DNA of 64,000 nt from a virus. The stretch is taken from the IMG/VR virus record IMGVR_UViG_3300025122_005335, positions 1 through 64,000 of that record; one strand, 5' to 3'. Position numbers and translations under genes: made by a program. Every line of letters begins with the position of its first letter. The first letter of the stretch is position 1. This document shows positions 8,886-17,942 of the stretch, piece after piece. The notes beneath the pieces were generated by a model that ran no database searches, had not been told where the DNA came from, and was given only the letters and a program-made list of their open reading frames with translations.

Positions 8886-9066
8886 CTTTGTATGTCTTAA
8901 TTTAAGCTAACAACCTTCTTTTCACACCAGGAAACACGATTTTTTTAGGGTTTTTTTGGGTAAAGTAAAGACTACCCTAGGGGTTAGCTAGTTTGAGTTA
9001 ATTTCCCTTTTGAAAATTGTTTCTATTTAATCAAAAGTGAATTTTTTGTATAGTTTTTAATAAATA

Positions 9067-9603
9067 TTATATCTCGTTTATTAAATTAGAAGTGTCACAG
9101 ACTATATAAGATGTTAAACCGGCCATTCTTTGATAAAACGGGACATCTTCATTTGCAAAAAAATCTTCACAATCAAATTTAACATTGTCTGACATATTAG
9201 AAAGACTATCAAAAGGATACAAACCTATTGAATATTTACCATAACTGCTACTAGTGCTAACATTAAACTCAGACATCATATGTCTGTAGTTATCAAAGCT
9301 CATTGTATACTTTTCTTTGTGTGATGCGTAAGCTAATTTTTTAGAAATGATTTTATATATAGCGTTTCCATTACATAACACACCATAAAAATATTTCATT
9401 TTAATACCTTCGTTAGTACGCACTAAATGTGAAAATTTTATTGGTGATATTTTTTTGTTTATAAGGAGCCTAGATTCGTCAAATTTATTTTTTATCTCAA
9501 AACCATAAAACAAAAAAGAGTAGTTTGTAAAAAATTCTGTTGATATACGGTATTTTTCATTATCTATTTTGTGTTCACTTAAGCTCGTTAGTAACGGGTT
9601 CAT
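9067..9603 (-). CDS. Hypothetical protein; start 9603 inferred from promoter spacing
   Basis: ORF with TTGACT-N16-TAATAT-N6-ATG upstream. Confidence 0.65.
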   Translation of the reverse strand: MNPLLTSLSEHKIDNEKYRISTEFFTNYSFLFYGFEIKNKFDESRLLINKKISPIKFSHLVRTNEGIKMKYFYGVLCNGNAIYKIISKKLAYASHKEKYTMSFDNYRHMMSEFNVSTSSSYGKYSIGLYPFDSLSNMSDNVKFDCEDFFANEDVPFYQRMAGLTSYIVCDTSNLINEI

Positions 9604-9633
9604 AGACATATATTAAAGTAAAAATTTAATAAG

Positions 9634-9867
9634 TCAAGATGCAGGGAACGACTTTATAATAAGAAGATTGGGTAACTTTAAAACTTTTCCTATTTTTCCT
9701 GTTGGTGTTTCTACTGTAATGGAAACTCTGTCTTTTCCCATCATAACAGGTCCTCTAATAATTTTACCACCTACTTGTCTGATAGTTTTGATAGCACCCG
9801 AATTGGTGTCGATTGTTTTTAAGGTAAACTCGTTATGTAAATCTACAGTAAGAAACTCATCAGACAT
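9634..9867 (-). CDS. Hypothetical late protein
   Basis: ORF with TAAATA-N5-ATG. Confidence 0.65.
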   Translation of the reverse strand: MSDEFLTVDLHNEFTLKTIDTNSGAIKTIRQVGGKIIRGPVMMGKDRVSITVETPTGKIGKVLKLPNLLIIKSFPAS

Positions 9868-9878
9868 AAAAGTATTTA

Positions 9879-10115
9879 TTACTTTTTAGCTTTTGATGTT
9901 TTTGTTAACTGATCTAAATGCGAAATAACTGTGTCCATTTTACCGGATAGTTCAGAAACAATTTCTTTATAGTTTTCAATAGATTGATTTAAAAAGTTAA
10001 CTGTATTTTGAGCTGTAACCAAATTATTATCAATACTTTGGATTTTTAACTCTTTTTGATCTAATTCTTTGTAAAGATCATTAATCTTCTTAATTTCGTC
10101 GCCTTCAAGTGCCAT
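9879..10115 (-). CDS. Hypothetical coiled-coil protein
   Basis: Heptad-rich 78-aa ORF. Confidence 0.6.
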   Translation of the reverse strand: MALEGDEIKKINDLYKELDQKELKIQSIDNNLVTAQNTVNFLNQSIENYKEIVSELSGKMDTVISHLDQLTKTSKAKK

Positions 10116-10141
10116 ACAATCATTTATTATCTATTAACGCC

Positions 10142-11002
10142 TTATCCAGGCTGCATCACAGGTTTTGCTGGTGCGTTGGCTTTTTTCTGTGCATCGTTTT
10201 GTTCTTTTATTTCTTGTGCTAGAGTTTTTATTTGTAATATAGATTCAACAGGGCTCATAAGGTGTAAGAAATCTGATAATGGTATGTTTAGTTTACTACA
10301 ACACAAATATTCATAGTAATACATGTTTTTTAAATCCTCACTAAAACATGCTTTTAAGAAATCAAAATTTTGTTTTGAATTAAATGAAAAATAAAAATCA
10401 ATTTCAGTTCCTTGTTCGTAAGTCCAAGAAAACAGTTTTATTTGTTTGTAGTTAGAATCACTTTTAATAGCTTTCATTATCTTTTTTGCTAATTCGACGG
10501 GTATATAGTTTAAAATTTTATCTCTCATTTCAGGTGAGGTACTATTCATGATAACCCTGTCACCTGCAATAGAGATTGAATATATTTTATCATATAACAA
10601 ATCTTTATTGCTAATTAAGTAAGGGTAACTAATTTCTACTTTTATATTATTTTCTTTATCTTCTATTTCTTTAGTTTCAGGTACATAATTTTCTATTATA
10701 GTTCTTGATACTTTGCTTAATGATATAGTGTTTTGGATATTTTCTTTACCTGCTATGATTATATTTTCACCAATTGATATAATTCTACAAGAGAGTAAAA
10801 TTAAAATTTTATCTATGTAGTTTAATGTGCATTGTGTTTTACAAATGTCTTGTACTAAAAATTCAAAATATTTACAGAGATTTTCGTTATCCTGATTCAA
10901 TGAAAATTTTAAAATATTTTTATATTCGAAGTTAGTTAGTTCTCTACACCGTACTTGTTTGTCGTTTGTAATAGTAACAGGATACATGTAAGTGTTGACC
11001 AT
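10142..11002 (-). CDS. Baseplate hub assembly protein (T4 gp26/gp51-like)
   Basis: VRCRELTNFEYKNILK...IDKILILLSCRIISIGE resembles the gp26 N-terminus; lies next to tail genes. Confidence 0.5.
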   Translation of the reverse strand: MVNTYMYPVTITNDKQVRCRELTNFEYKNILKFSLNQDNENLCKYFEFLVQDICKTQCTLNYIDKILILLSCRIISIGENIIIAGKENIQNTISLSKVSRTIIENYVPETKEIEDKENNIKVEISYPYLISNKDLLYDKIYSISIAGDRVIMNSTSPEMRDKILNYIPVELAKKIMKAIKSDSNYKQIKLFSWTYEQGTEIDFYFSFNSKQNFDFLKACFSEDLKNMYYYEYLCCSKLNIPLSDFLHLMSPVESILQIKTLAQEIKEQNDAQKKANAPAKPVMQPG

Positions 11003-11040
11003 TTATTAATAATATAATCTAGTTTGAAATAATCAATACT

Positions 11041-11916
11041 CTATTGGAAGGGTGAAATTTTAGGAATTAAGCTTTTCCAACCTTTAGAACTGATTTTGTT
11101 AATAATGTCAGGTAAAGGTAAATATAAATTATTTCTTACAGCGTAATTTGAAAATGCCCATTCTGAGGAATTAATTTCTAAAGATTCTTGATCATATGTT
11201 AAATTTTTATTACTAACTGAAGTAGGCATACAATTATAGAAGGTCCAAATTTTTCTCGGTATTTGTGCTATGTTTTGATACGTTCTAGTAAATTGTAATA
11301 GACTAATTGTAGTACCCACATTTCTTGGATCACTAGGTGGTCTTGCTACCATACCAAAATGTTCAGCTAATATTGTCCAAGGTCGAACAACAAAATCAAC
11401 AAAGCTTGTATTTGTTTCCCTAAATTGTAAAGTTAAATTACCAAATGGTTGTCTACCGGTTGATATAACGCCGGGGATAAACCCTCTCTGTTTGTCTCCA
11501 AAAATTTTATCTCTATTTACTTCTAATTGTTCTAATCCTGGTATATCCGCTCCTTGAGCAAAAATACATCCGGTTACTTTATTCAAAGGATAAGATTTTA
11601 AAATACTCACTGCTTGTGATATATCAAAGTTATGATAATTACCTTCGGTTCTTTCTAAATTTTGTATAACAGATGTTTGCAATAACGTAGGGTAATTTTC
11701 AATTAACAACATCCATTGCGTGCGCATTGGTATGGTGGTGAACCACGATTCCATTTGAGTTAAAAAATAATCTCTTGTGCTTATTAAAGGTACCCCGGGG
11801 ACGGTAAATCCAAATAATGATGTAATAGATGGTTGCGCTAAAGGGTTAGTACCTCTTAATAACGCAGACACATTATCACCAAAACCTCTAATTGCTTCTG
11901 TAAAAGGATTATTCAA
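11041..11916 (-). CDS. Tail-tube-fold baseplate protein (gp54/gp48-like)
   Basis: LTLQFRET...RPW...WTFYNCMPTSVS tube-fold pattern; late promoter; near gp19. Confidence 0.6.
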   Translation of the reverse strand: MNNPFTEAIRGFGDNVSALLRGTNPLAQPSITSLFGFTVPGVPLISTRDYFLTQMESWFTTIPMRTQWMLLIENYPTLLQTSVIQNLERTEGNYHNFDISQAVSILKSYPLNKVTGCIFAQGADIPGLEQLEVNRDKIFGDKQRGFIPGVISTGRQPFGNLTLQFRETNTSFVDFVVRPWTILAEHFGMVARPPSDPRNVGTTISLLQFTRTYQNIAQIPRKIWTFYNCMPTSVSNKNLTYDQESLEINSSEWAFSNYAVRNNLYLPLPDIINKISSKGWKSLIPKISPFQ

Positions 11917-11922
11917 TTTTAA

Positions 11923-12285
11923 TTATTTAAGTTTGTTATAAAGGGTAAGCGTACCGGAGAAAAAAAATTTTTTACTTTTATATTTTTTACATAACGATAT
12001 CCACACCCGTTGCGCATCTTCGCTTGCTTCAAAATAATCTGTTTTTAATTTACCAAACTTTTTTAATGCTTTTACGTAAAGTAATTTACCAAAACCGTTG
12101 TTTCTATATAGAAGACCTACGTGTGAAGAAATAACAAAATATTTTTTTTCTCGAGCAAAATCTATTTCTAATTTACCTATTTCGGAATTTTTATATCTGT
12201 TTACTTTTATTAGTCTAAAGTGCCAAACCTCTCCTTTGAATTTTGAAGTTACTTTTACCTTAGGTTTATTGTGCTTAACCTTCAC
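11923..12285 (-). CDS. Small basic GNAT-like protein
   Basis: YRNNGFGKLLY (RxxGxG) and SEDAQRVW. Confidence 0.5.
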   Translation of the reverse strand: MKVKHNKPKVKVTSKFKGEVWHFRLIKVNRYKNSEIGKLEIDFAREKKYFVISSHVGLLYRNNGFGKLLYVKALKKFGKLKTDYFEASEDAQRVWISLCKKYKSKKFFFSGTLTLYNKLK

Positions 12286-12318
12286 AAATACGTTTTAACA
12301 GTATATGTGTTAAATTAA

Positions 12319-12864
12319 TTAGTTTCGCTGCCAGTAATGGTAAGCCATTGTAGCTGTAAAGTTGATTTTTTGACCCGTGCCTTCTGCTATCGAATATTCG
12401 AGCGCCCCTACATTTCTAACAGATGCACCAACTAATTTATAACCTGCCACTTCCTCTAATTGTGTATCTAGTTGGACAAGATTTATAGATGCTGATTGTC
12501 TTGGAGCAAAATAGTTACCTGTGCTTGTTGCATCGTCGAAAATATCTCTTGACATATCTTCAAATTTTTGTCTTATTTGTGAGTTTTGATCACAATAGAA
12601 TGTAAGTGAATATCCTTCACTTCCTGTATATGTCACACTACCGGGGATATTAAACGATAGACCCATATAAGGTACCGCTACGTTAGTTATTGCTCTTTCC
12701 GGTAAGCTTGCTGCGGTGCAATATACTAAGTCATCTTCTTCAAATGTTGTGTCTGTGGCACCACCACCGTCTATTGATAACACTCTGAACTGAAAATCTC
12801 TTGCGAAGTCTCTTTCTGTTGCTACTCTATAAAAATCAGAAATTGTCTGTTGTACATCTGGCAT
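12319..12864 (-). CDS. Tail tube protein (gp19); start MPDVQQ at 12864
   Basis: Tube-fold motifs (ASLPER...VPYMG...PG, F-x-Y-x-YW C-terminus); directly downstream of the sheath gene; TAAATA-N5-ATG. Confidence 0.85.
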   Translation of the reverse strand: MPDVQQTISDFYRVATERDFARDFQFRVLSIDGGGATDTTFEEDDLVYCTAASLPERAITNVAVPYMGLSFNIPGSVTYTGSEGYSLTFYCDQNSQIRQKFEDMSRDIFDDATSTGNYFAPRQSASINLVQLDTQLEEVAGYKLVGASVRNVGALEYSIAEGTGQKINFTATMAYHYWQRN

Positions 12865-12887
12865 ACTAATATTTAATCCAAACAAAC

Positions 12888-12910
12888 AAAAACCCCGAAA
12901 ATTTTCGGGG
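12888..12910 (-). terminator. Intrinsic terminator between gp18 and gp19
   Basis: CCCCGAAAA/TTTTCGGGG palindrome plus U run. Confidence 0.75.
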
Positions 12911-12941
12911 CTTGTATAAGTTAGTCAAGTTAGCTTGATTA

Positions 12942-15515
12942 TTAACCAACAATTTCGCTAAAGTCTTGACCGGTTCTGGTTGCATAGAAGTTAACTAATA
13001 TGAACTCAGCTGCTCGAACTGGTTTCAAATAAATGTCAACAACTAACTCATTAGCATCAATAACTTCTGGTGTATTATTACGTTCATCACAAACAATAAG
13101 ATAATCATACAAGCCTTCATTATTTTTTGCATCTTCCATAATAGGATTAAGAACATTAAGAACGTTTGTTCTTGTAAACAACGTATTTGGTTCAAATACG
13201 AAATACTTAACTGTTTCTTTAACTCGTTTTTCGAGATATAAGAACAACCTTCTTACGTTAATTCTATCAAATGCACTTGGTTTAGTTTGTAGTGTCTTTT
13301 GACCATAAATTACAAACCCTTCACTCGGAAAGAATGCAACTGGGTTAGTATTGGTTTGATCATATATAGAATCACGTTGTTTCTGGTTCGGGTAAATTGC
13401 AACATCATTTACTGTGTCTAAAAGACCTCTTGTAAATCCGGCTGGTGCATACCATGGTGCGAAGTTGGCATCCGTTTGTGCATACTTCGCAGCCGCTAAA
13501 CCAGACATTGGTATCCATGTTTGACCAGATACTTGGTTATCAAAAACTTGTGTCCATGTAGCATAAGCTGCTGCATAGTTTGTATTAATAAGAGAATAAC
13601 AATTCTTTAAAGGCTGTAATATGTTTACCGGGAATGTATTTCCTGGTATATTAATAACCTTACTGTTTTCACCTTGAACAAATATCTGTCTAATTGGATC
13701 AGAAACATAAATGAAATCCTTTCTAGTATTTTGAGCAAACGTAATGAATTTGGTTTGAACAGAATTCCAACTAGATCTAATGGCAACTGCAAGCGGAGCA
13801 AGACTTGGTGATGTTGCTGACAACTGATTCATTCCTACTCGACTGGATCCAGGATCACCTAATGCATCTCTATCATCAAAAAACTGTGTACTGAAATTTG
13901 TATTATTTGTTGTATTATCGATCGTAGTTTGAATAGTACCTAACCCGGCTTCTGGGATGATATCAATATCAAATATGTCTTGGTTCGCTAATCTGTCAAA
14001 TACACGATCTAACTTACCTGGTATATTTCCAATAGCTTTTACATTAAGACTCGATGTTGTTGATCTGTCGTTTGTCGAATAAACGGCAGCGGGTAACATT
14101 GTTTGGAACCCCATGCCAAATGTAGTACCATATGTAAAATCTGAAGAATTTATAATATAGTTACCAGAACTAATATCTGCAACGTCTACTTGATTAAAAC
14201 CAACAATTTCTCTGTAAGCTCGAATATTACCATAATCACCTTCAGCATTATTAGTATATGTGCGGTTAATTAAACCATCATTCATTATTCTTACCTTTCT
14301 GAATGGCTCACCTGTATCGGAAAGTGTTGCACCATCATATTTTCCGGAGACGTATGGGTTAATTTTCATTGCAGTATTAACACTCTTGTTTGAGAGCTTT
14401 TGCGGTAAGTAATAACTTACAGGCTGACCTCCATTTTCGTTATTAATTTGTCTAAAGTAATCAATACTTCCAAAGTAACCTTCTTCTAATACAAAGTCTA
14501 ATTTAGTAACTTCAGGTGAAAAGACTGATGTTCTAAATTTATACAACCCATGTACAAGTGTGTCGTCAAATGCAGATGTTGCTACGTTGAATGACGTAAT
14601 TTTTTCAGTAACTTCTGAAATATTATATTCAACTGTTTCTGGCAAAATAGCAGCACTAAGTGCAAAATTTAATCTGTTGGTTGGAACCCTTGTTAGGGTA
14701 TCATATTGTACCGTTGTTAATGTTTCGTTTTTGCTTACATTAACACCACCAAAATCATCATAATTTGTAGTTGGGTATATGTTGGTGTTATCTATTAAAC
14801 CAGAATAATAACCTTCTAATTTACTATTGACTGTTGTTTTGGCGGTATTAAGCAAGATAACAGCAGCACCACCTAGATTGGTTAAATCGGTTGTTAAATT
14901 ACCTGTACTGGTTTGAGGTACACTAAACGAACCTTGCTCACCTATAGGTGAGTCTATCCATGCTATAGCAGAATCATCTAAAATAGCTTGATACTGAGCT
15001 TGAGTTAAAGTCAAGAATGTTGGTTTACCTAAAAAGTAATAAACTGTATTACCAGAAGACGCTGGTGAAAATTGTGAAACTGTTTGACCACCTGCAATGT
15101 CAATGTTGGCAGATAAAGTGTTCCACTCGCTTATGGCTGCACTACTTTCGTTGGCGAGCGCGTTTTCATATGCATCTTTGTTAATTGGTCTACCTGGGTA
15201 TACTGTGGCGAAATATTTGTTGGTGAACCCGTCACCTAAATTTACACCATATGGTAATCTGTTTACCATAATATTAGCTCTACTATTAAATGATTGAGCT
15301 ATTGTGTGGTAAAAATACCGCTCTGCGGAATTTGTAGGTTGCCCGTAAATTGATTCGAATTCTGATAAGCTCGACACCTGTATGATTTCATCACTAGGTC
15401 CTTGAGGAGAGAACCCCGCAACAAAAATTGTTGTCCCGATTTTATCAGCGCTCCTTAGAGATAAATCGACTTCATTAATTTCTACACCCGGACTTTGAAT
15501 AGTTCTTTGCGACAT
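12942..15515 (-). CDS. Contractile tail sheath protein (gp18)
   Basis: SPGVEINEVD N-terminus, PWYAPAGFTRG, GQKTLQ, SAFDRINVRRLF, FEPN, KPVRAAEFI. Confidence 0.96.
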   Translation of the reverse strand: MSQRTIQSPGVEINEVDLSLRSADKIGTTIFVAGFSPQGPSDEIIQVSSLSEFESIYGQPTNSAERYFYHTIAQSFNSRANIMVNRLPYGVNLGDGFTNKYFATVYPGRPINKDAYENALANESSAAISEWNTLSANIDIAGGQTVSQFSPASSGNTVYYFLGKPTFLTLTQAQYQAILDDSAIAWIDSPIGEQGSFSVPQTSTGNLTTDLTNLGGAAVILLNTAKTTVNSKLEGYYSGLIDNTNIYPTTNYDDFGGVNVSKNETLTTVQYDTLTRVPTNRLNFALSAAILPETVEYNISEVTEKITSFNVATSAFDDTLVHGLYKFRTSVFSPEVTKLDFVLEEGYFGSIDYFRQINNENGGQPVSYYLPQKLSNKSVNTAMKINPYVSGKYDGATLSDTGEPFRKVRIMNDGLINRTYTNNAEGDYGNIRAYREIVGFNQVDVADISSGNYIINSSDFTYGTTFGMGFQTMLPAAVYSTNDRSTTSSLNVKAIGNIPGKLDRVFDRLANQDIFDIDIIPEAGLGTIQTTIDNTTNNTNFSTQFFDDRDALGDPGSSRVGMNQLSATSPSLAPLAVAIRSSWNSVQTKFITFAQNTRKDFIYVSDPIRQIFVQGENSKVINIPGNTFPVNILQPLKNCYSLINTNYAAAYATWTQVFDNQVSGQTWIPMSGLAAAKYAQTDANFAPWYAPAGFTRGLLDTVNDVAIYPNQKQRDSIYDQTNTNPVAFFPSEGFVIYGQKTLQTKPSAFDRINVRRLFLYLEKRVKETVKYFVFEPNTLFTRTNVLNVLNPIMEDAKNNEGLYDYLIVCDERNNTPEVIDANELVVDIYLKPVRAAEFILVNFYATRTGQDFSEIVG

Positions 15516-15520
15516 ATGTA

Positions 15521-15526
15521 TATTTA
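15521..15526 (-). promoter_or_regulatory. T4-type late promoter for gp18
   Basis: CATAAATA followed by 5 nt and then ATG. Confidence 0.75.
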
Positions 15527-15574
15527 TGTTTTTTAGAGAAAGAATTTGTAAAACTTAATTTTTAATTAAATAGA

Positions 15575-16156
15575 CTACGGTTGAAGCAGCGTAGTGTAAA
15601 ATTGACTATAAGCAAAACTGAATTGGGTTTCTATTTCCCCCGGGTCTCTGTAAGAGTATTCAATACCACCTAAAAATGTAGGAAATGCCTTGGTATAATC
15701 AAATTGAGCAACTCTTTTATTATATTCATCTAAGGCATATATGGTAAAATCAGCCATATATTCGTTCTCTACAACAGCGCGTTTTTTATATTCTTCATCT
15801 GGGTTAAAATACCCCTTTCTATCGTCTTGCAATTTATCTAGCCACTTGTAAATAAACCAATAATTGTTAAATCTATTATCAATAGTAAATTTAACATTGA
15901 CAGGCGGGTAAACAGGTCTATTATGGCTTGTGACATTCAATGTTTGACCTGAATATCTTGCTTCTACGTTGGGTATAGAAACCGGTGGGACGACACCACC
16001 AAATATTGAAAATTGTATACTATCTGGATCAACTAAAGTGTTTTTTCGAGCTAACTCAGATACGTCTTCTTTTAAGAATTTAGGAGTGGGGATAACTAGA
16101 ATAAATTTATCCTTTCTTTCCTTGTTAAAAGGAGACTGGTTATAGTTCACAGGCAT
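15575..16156 (-). CDS. Tail tube terminator / tail completion protein (gp3-like)
   Basis: VNVKFTIDNRFNNYWFIYKWL, AFPTFLGGIEY; late promoter. Confidence 0.7.
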   Translation of the reverse strand: MPVNYNQSPFNKERKDKFILVIPTPKFLKEDVSELARKNTLVDPDSIQFSIFGGVVPPVSIPNVEARYSGQTLNVTSHNRPVYPPVNVKFTIDNRFNNYWFIYKWLDKLQDDRKGYFNPDEEYKKRAVVENEYMADFTIYALDEYNKRVAQFDYTKAFPTFLGGIEYSYRDPGEIETQFSFAYSQFYTTLLQP

Positions 16157-16161
16157 TAATA

Positions 16162-17904
16162 CTATTTATTCAACCCTAAATCACTAATAGGGGCATAAGA
16201 TCTTTGCGTTTGGAAATCACCAGCATTAACCCAACCACGCGATTTCATAACTCCTAGCTCGGCGTTATTTTCCATATCAAATTTTTCATTAAAAACCACT
16301 GTATCCAATTCTGCTTCTTCTATGTTTTCACTTAACCAGTTTTTTTGTAATGGTGTATGGATACCATAATCATATCTTTTTAATTCAGCTGGTCTTCCAT
16401 TATCATCTTGTCGTAATACTTCATAATATCTTTGTACTACTTCGTTGTCTAATACCATTAATGCCCAACCTAAAGCCATTACCCTATCATCTAGCATATT
16501 AATACCCGGTTTGGCGGCCCATTTACCATTTGGATATTTTACGAAGTTTTTAATTTCAATAAGCGTTTCAATCTCTCTAATATTAACCGCTTTTAATTCA
16601 TTTACAAAATATCTCATATTTGTAATACATCTATATTTTGTATTTGTATGTGCTAAAACACCGACTTTATTATTTTTTATTTTTCCTTGATTCACCCCGT
16701 ATGTTACAACATTGGCATAACGTAAATTAAAATATAATTGTTCGACAACTTGAGCACCACAGTTATTTCTTTCTATTAAAGCAGGTGGTGAACCCCATTG
16801 TAATAAAATTTCGTATAATTTTTGTGTGAAATGAAAAGGGTTAATTTCAGTACTATGATATACGGCTACTTGTTCTATATTTGTTAGGTCTTTTAAATCT
16901 AGTATTTGTATAACACTGGCATTTTGTCCTAATCCTTCAGCAATATCAACACCAACAACATATATACCATGGTCATCTGGTTCTCTCCATATTCTGTAAT
17001 GTTCTTCTTCCATGATAATTTTAGGCTTTACACAATTAATTTTTAAAAATTCAAAAATTTCTTCATTAATTGCCATTTCCCCTGTTGATAAAAATTCACA
17101 ACCAAATTCTTGATCGAAAGCTTCTTGGCTTCCAATTGTACGCATTGTTTCAATTTGCCATTTTTCGTCTCTACCGGGGATTTCATTCCATAGAATTCTA
17201 TCAAACCCCCAACCATTAGTTTCTTCTATAGCACCATTCCATATTTTGTAAAAAAGATTATCTGTTCCATTAGCAGTTGATGCTATAAAAACTTTTGATT
17301 TTTTAGAAGAAGAAATTACAGGGTAAACAGATTTCCAAAAAGATTCAACTAAGTGAGGTTCAATAAATGCCAACTCATCAAGAACTAATACGTTAATAGA
17401 TTGACCACGTGCTGCTGTTCCAGTGGTGGTGCTGATACCAATTGTTGTACCATTTGTAAATTTTAAAGATTCTTTACCATATTCACTTACACCGGGTTTT
17501 AACCAGTTTGGTAGCTCTTCGTATGCCATTCTTATTCTAGAAAATATTTCTTTTGCAGTACCTTCTTTATTAGCTACAATTAATATACGTTGATCATTAT
17601 TAAAACAAGCATGCCATAAAGTATAAATTGTCATCATTGTGGTTTTACCAATTTGTCGTGATGCTAATAATATAAAGAAGCGATTATCTCTCATCTTTCT
17701 TAAAGATCGTTTCTGGCATGAGTGTAAACTTATTTTTTCTCGTCCTCTATCTAAGTTTACTATGTAAAAGAAGTTTTCAGCAAAATAAAGCAAATTTTGT
17801 GTTGCTTTTTTGAGCTCTTTTAACATCTTCGGCGTCCATTCGAATTTTGAATTTTCAGTAGGGAGGTTAGGGTTGCCTAGATAGTAATCTCTTTTATTTT
17901 CCAT
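16162..17904 (-). CDS. Terminase large subunit (gp17)
   Basis: YLGNPNL, ASRQIGKTT (Walker A), LVLDELAF (Walker B), STANG, FDQEFGC, GVDIAEG and DDRVMAL nuclease motifs. Confidence 0.96.
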   Translation of the reverse strand: MENKRDYYLGNPNLPTENSKFEWTPKMLKELKKATQNLLYFAENFFYIVNLDRGREKISLHSCQKRSLRKMRDNRFFILLASRQIGKTTMMTIYTLWHACFNNDQRILIVANKEGTAKEIFSRIRMAYEELPNWLKPGVSEYGKESLKFTNGTTIGISTTTGTAARGQSINVLVLDELAFIEPHLVESFWKSVYPVISSSKKSKVFIASTANGTDNLFYKIWNGAIEETNGWGFDRILWNEIPGRDEKWQIETMRTIGSQEAFDQEFGCEFLSTGEMAINEEIFEFLKINCVKPKIIMEEEHYRIWREPDDHGIYVVGVDIAEGLGQNASVIQILDLKDLTNIEQVAVYHSTEINPFHFTQKLYEILLQWGSPPALIERNNCGAQVVEQLYFNLRYANVVTYGVNQGKIKNNKVGVLAHTNTKYRCITNMRYFVNELKAVNIREIETLIEIKNFVKYPNGKWAAKPGINMLDDRVMALGWALMVLDNEVVQRYYEVLRQDDNGRPAELKRYDYGIHTPLQKNWLSENIEEAELDTVVFNEKFDMENNAELGVMKSRGWVNAGDFQTQRSYAPISDLGLNK

Positions 17905-17912
17905 TACACCAT

Positions 17913-17937
17913 TATTTAAACCAGTATCGTATAAATA
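17913..17937. promoter_or_regulatory. Back-to-back late promoters for gp17 (-) and the 17943 gene (+)
   Basis: TTAAATA on - at 17913-17919; TATAAATA on + at 17930-17937, 5 nt before ATG. Confidence 0.75.
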
Positions 17938-17942
17938 TAAAC

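Noticed and set aside
8990-9015. Canonical cobalamin riboswitch before nrdJ (AAAAGGGAA word)
   Set aside because: The following GGUG...AAUUCC T-loop and the GCCCCCGC/ACUGU B12-box elements are absent; kept only as a generic structured leader.
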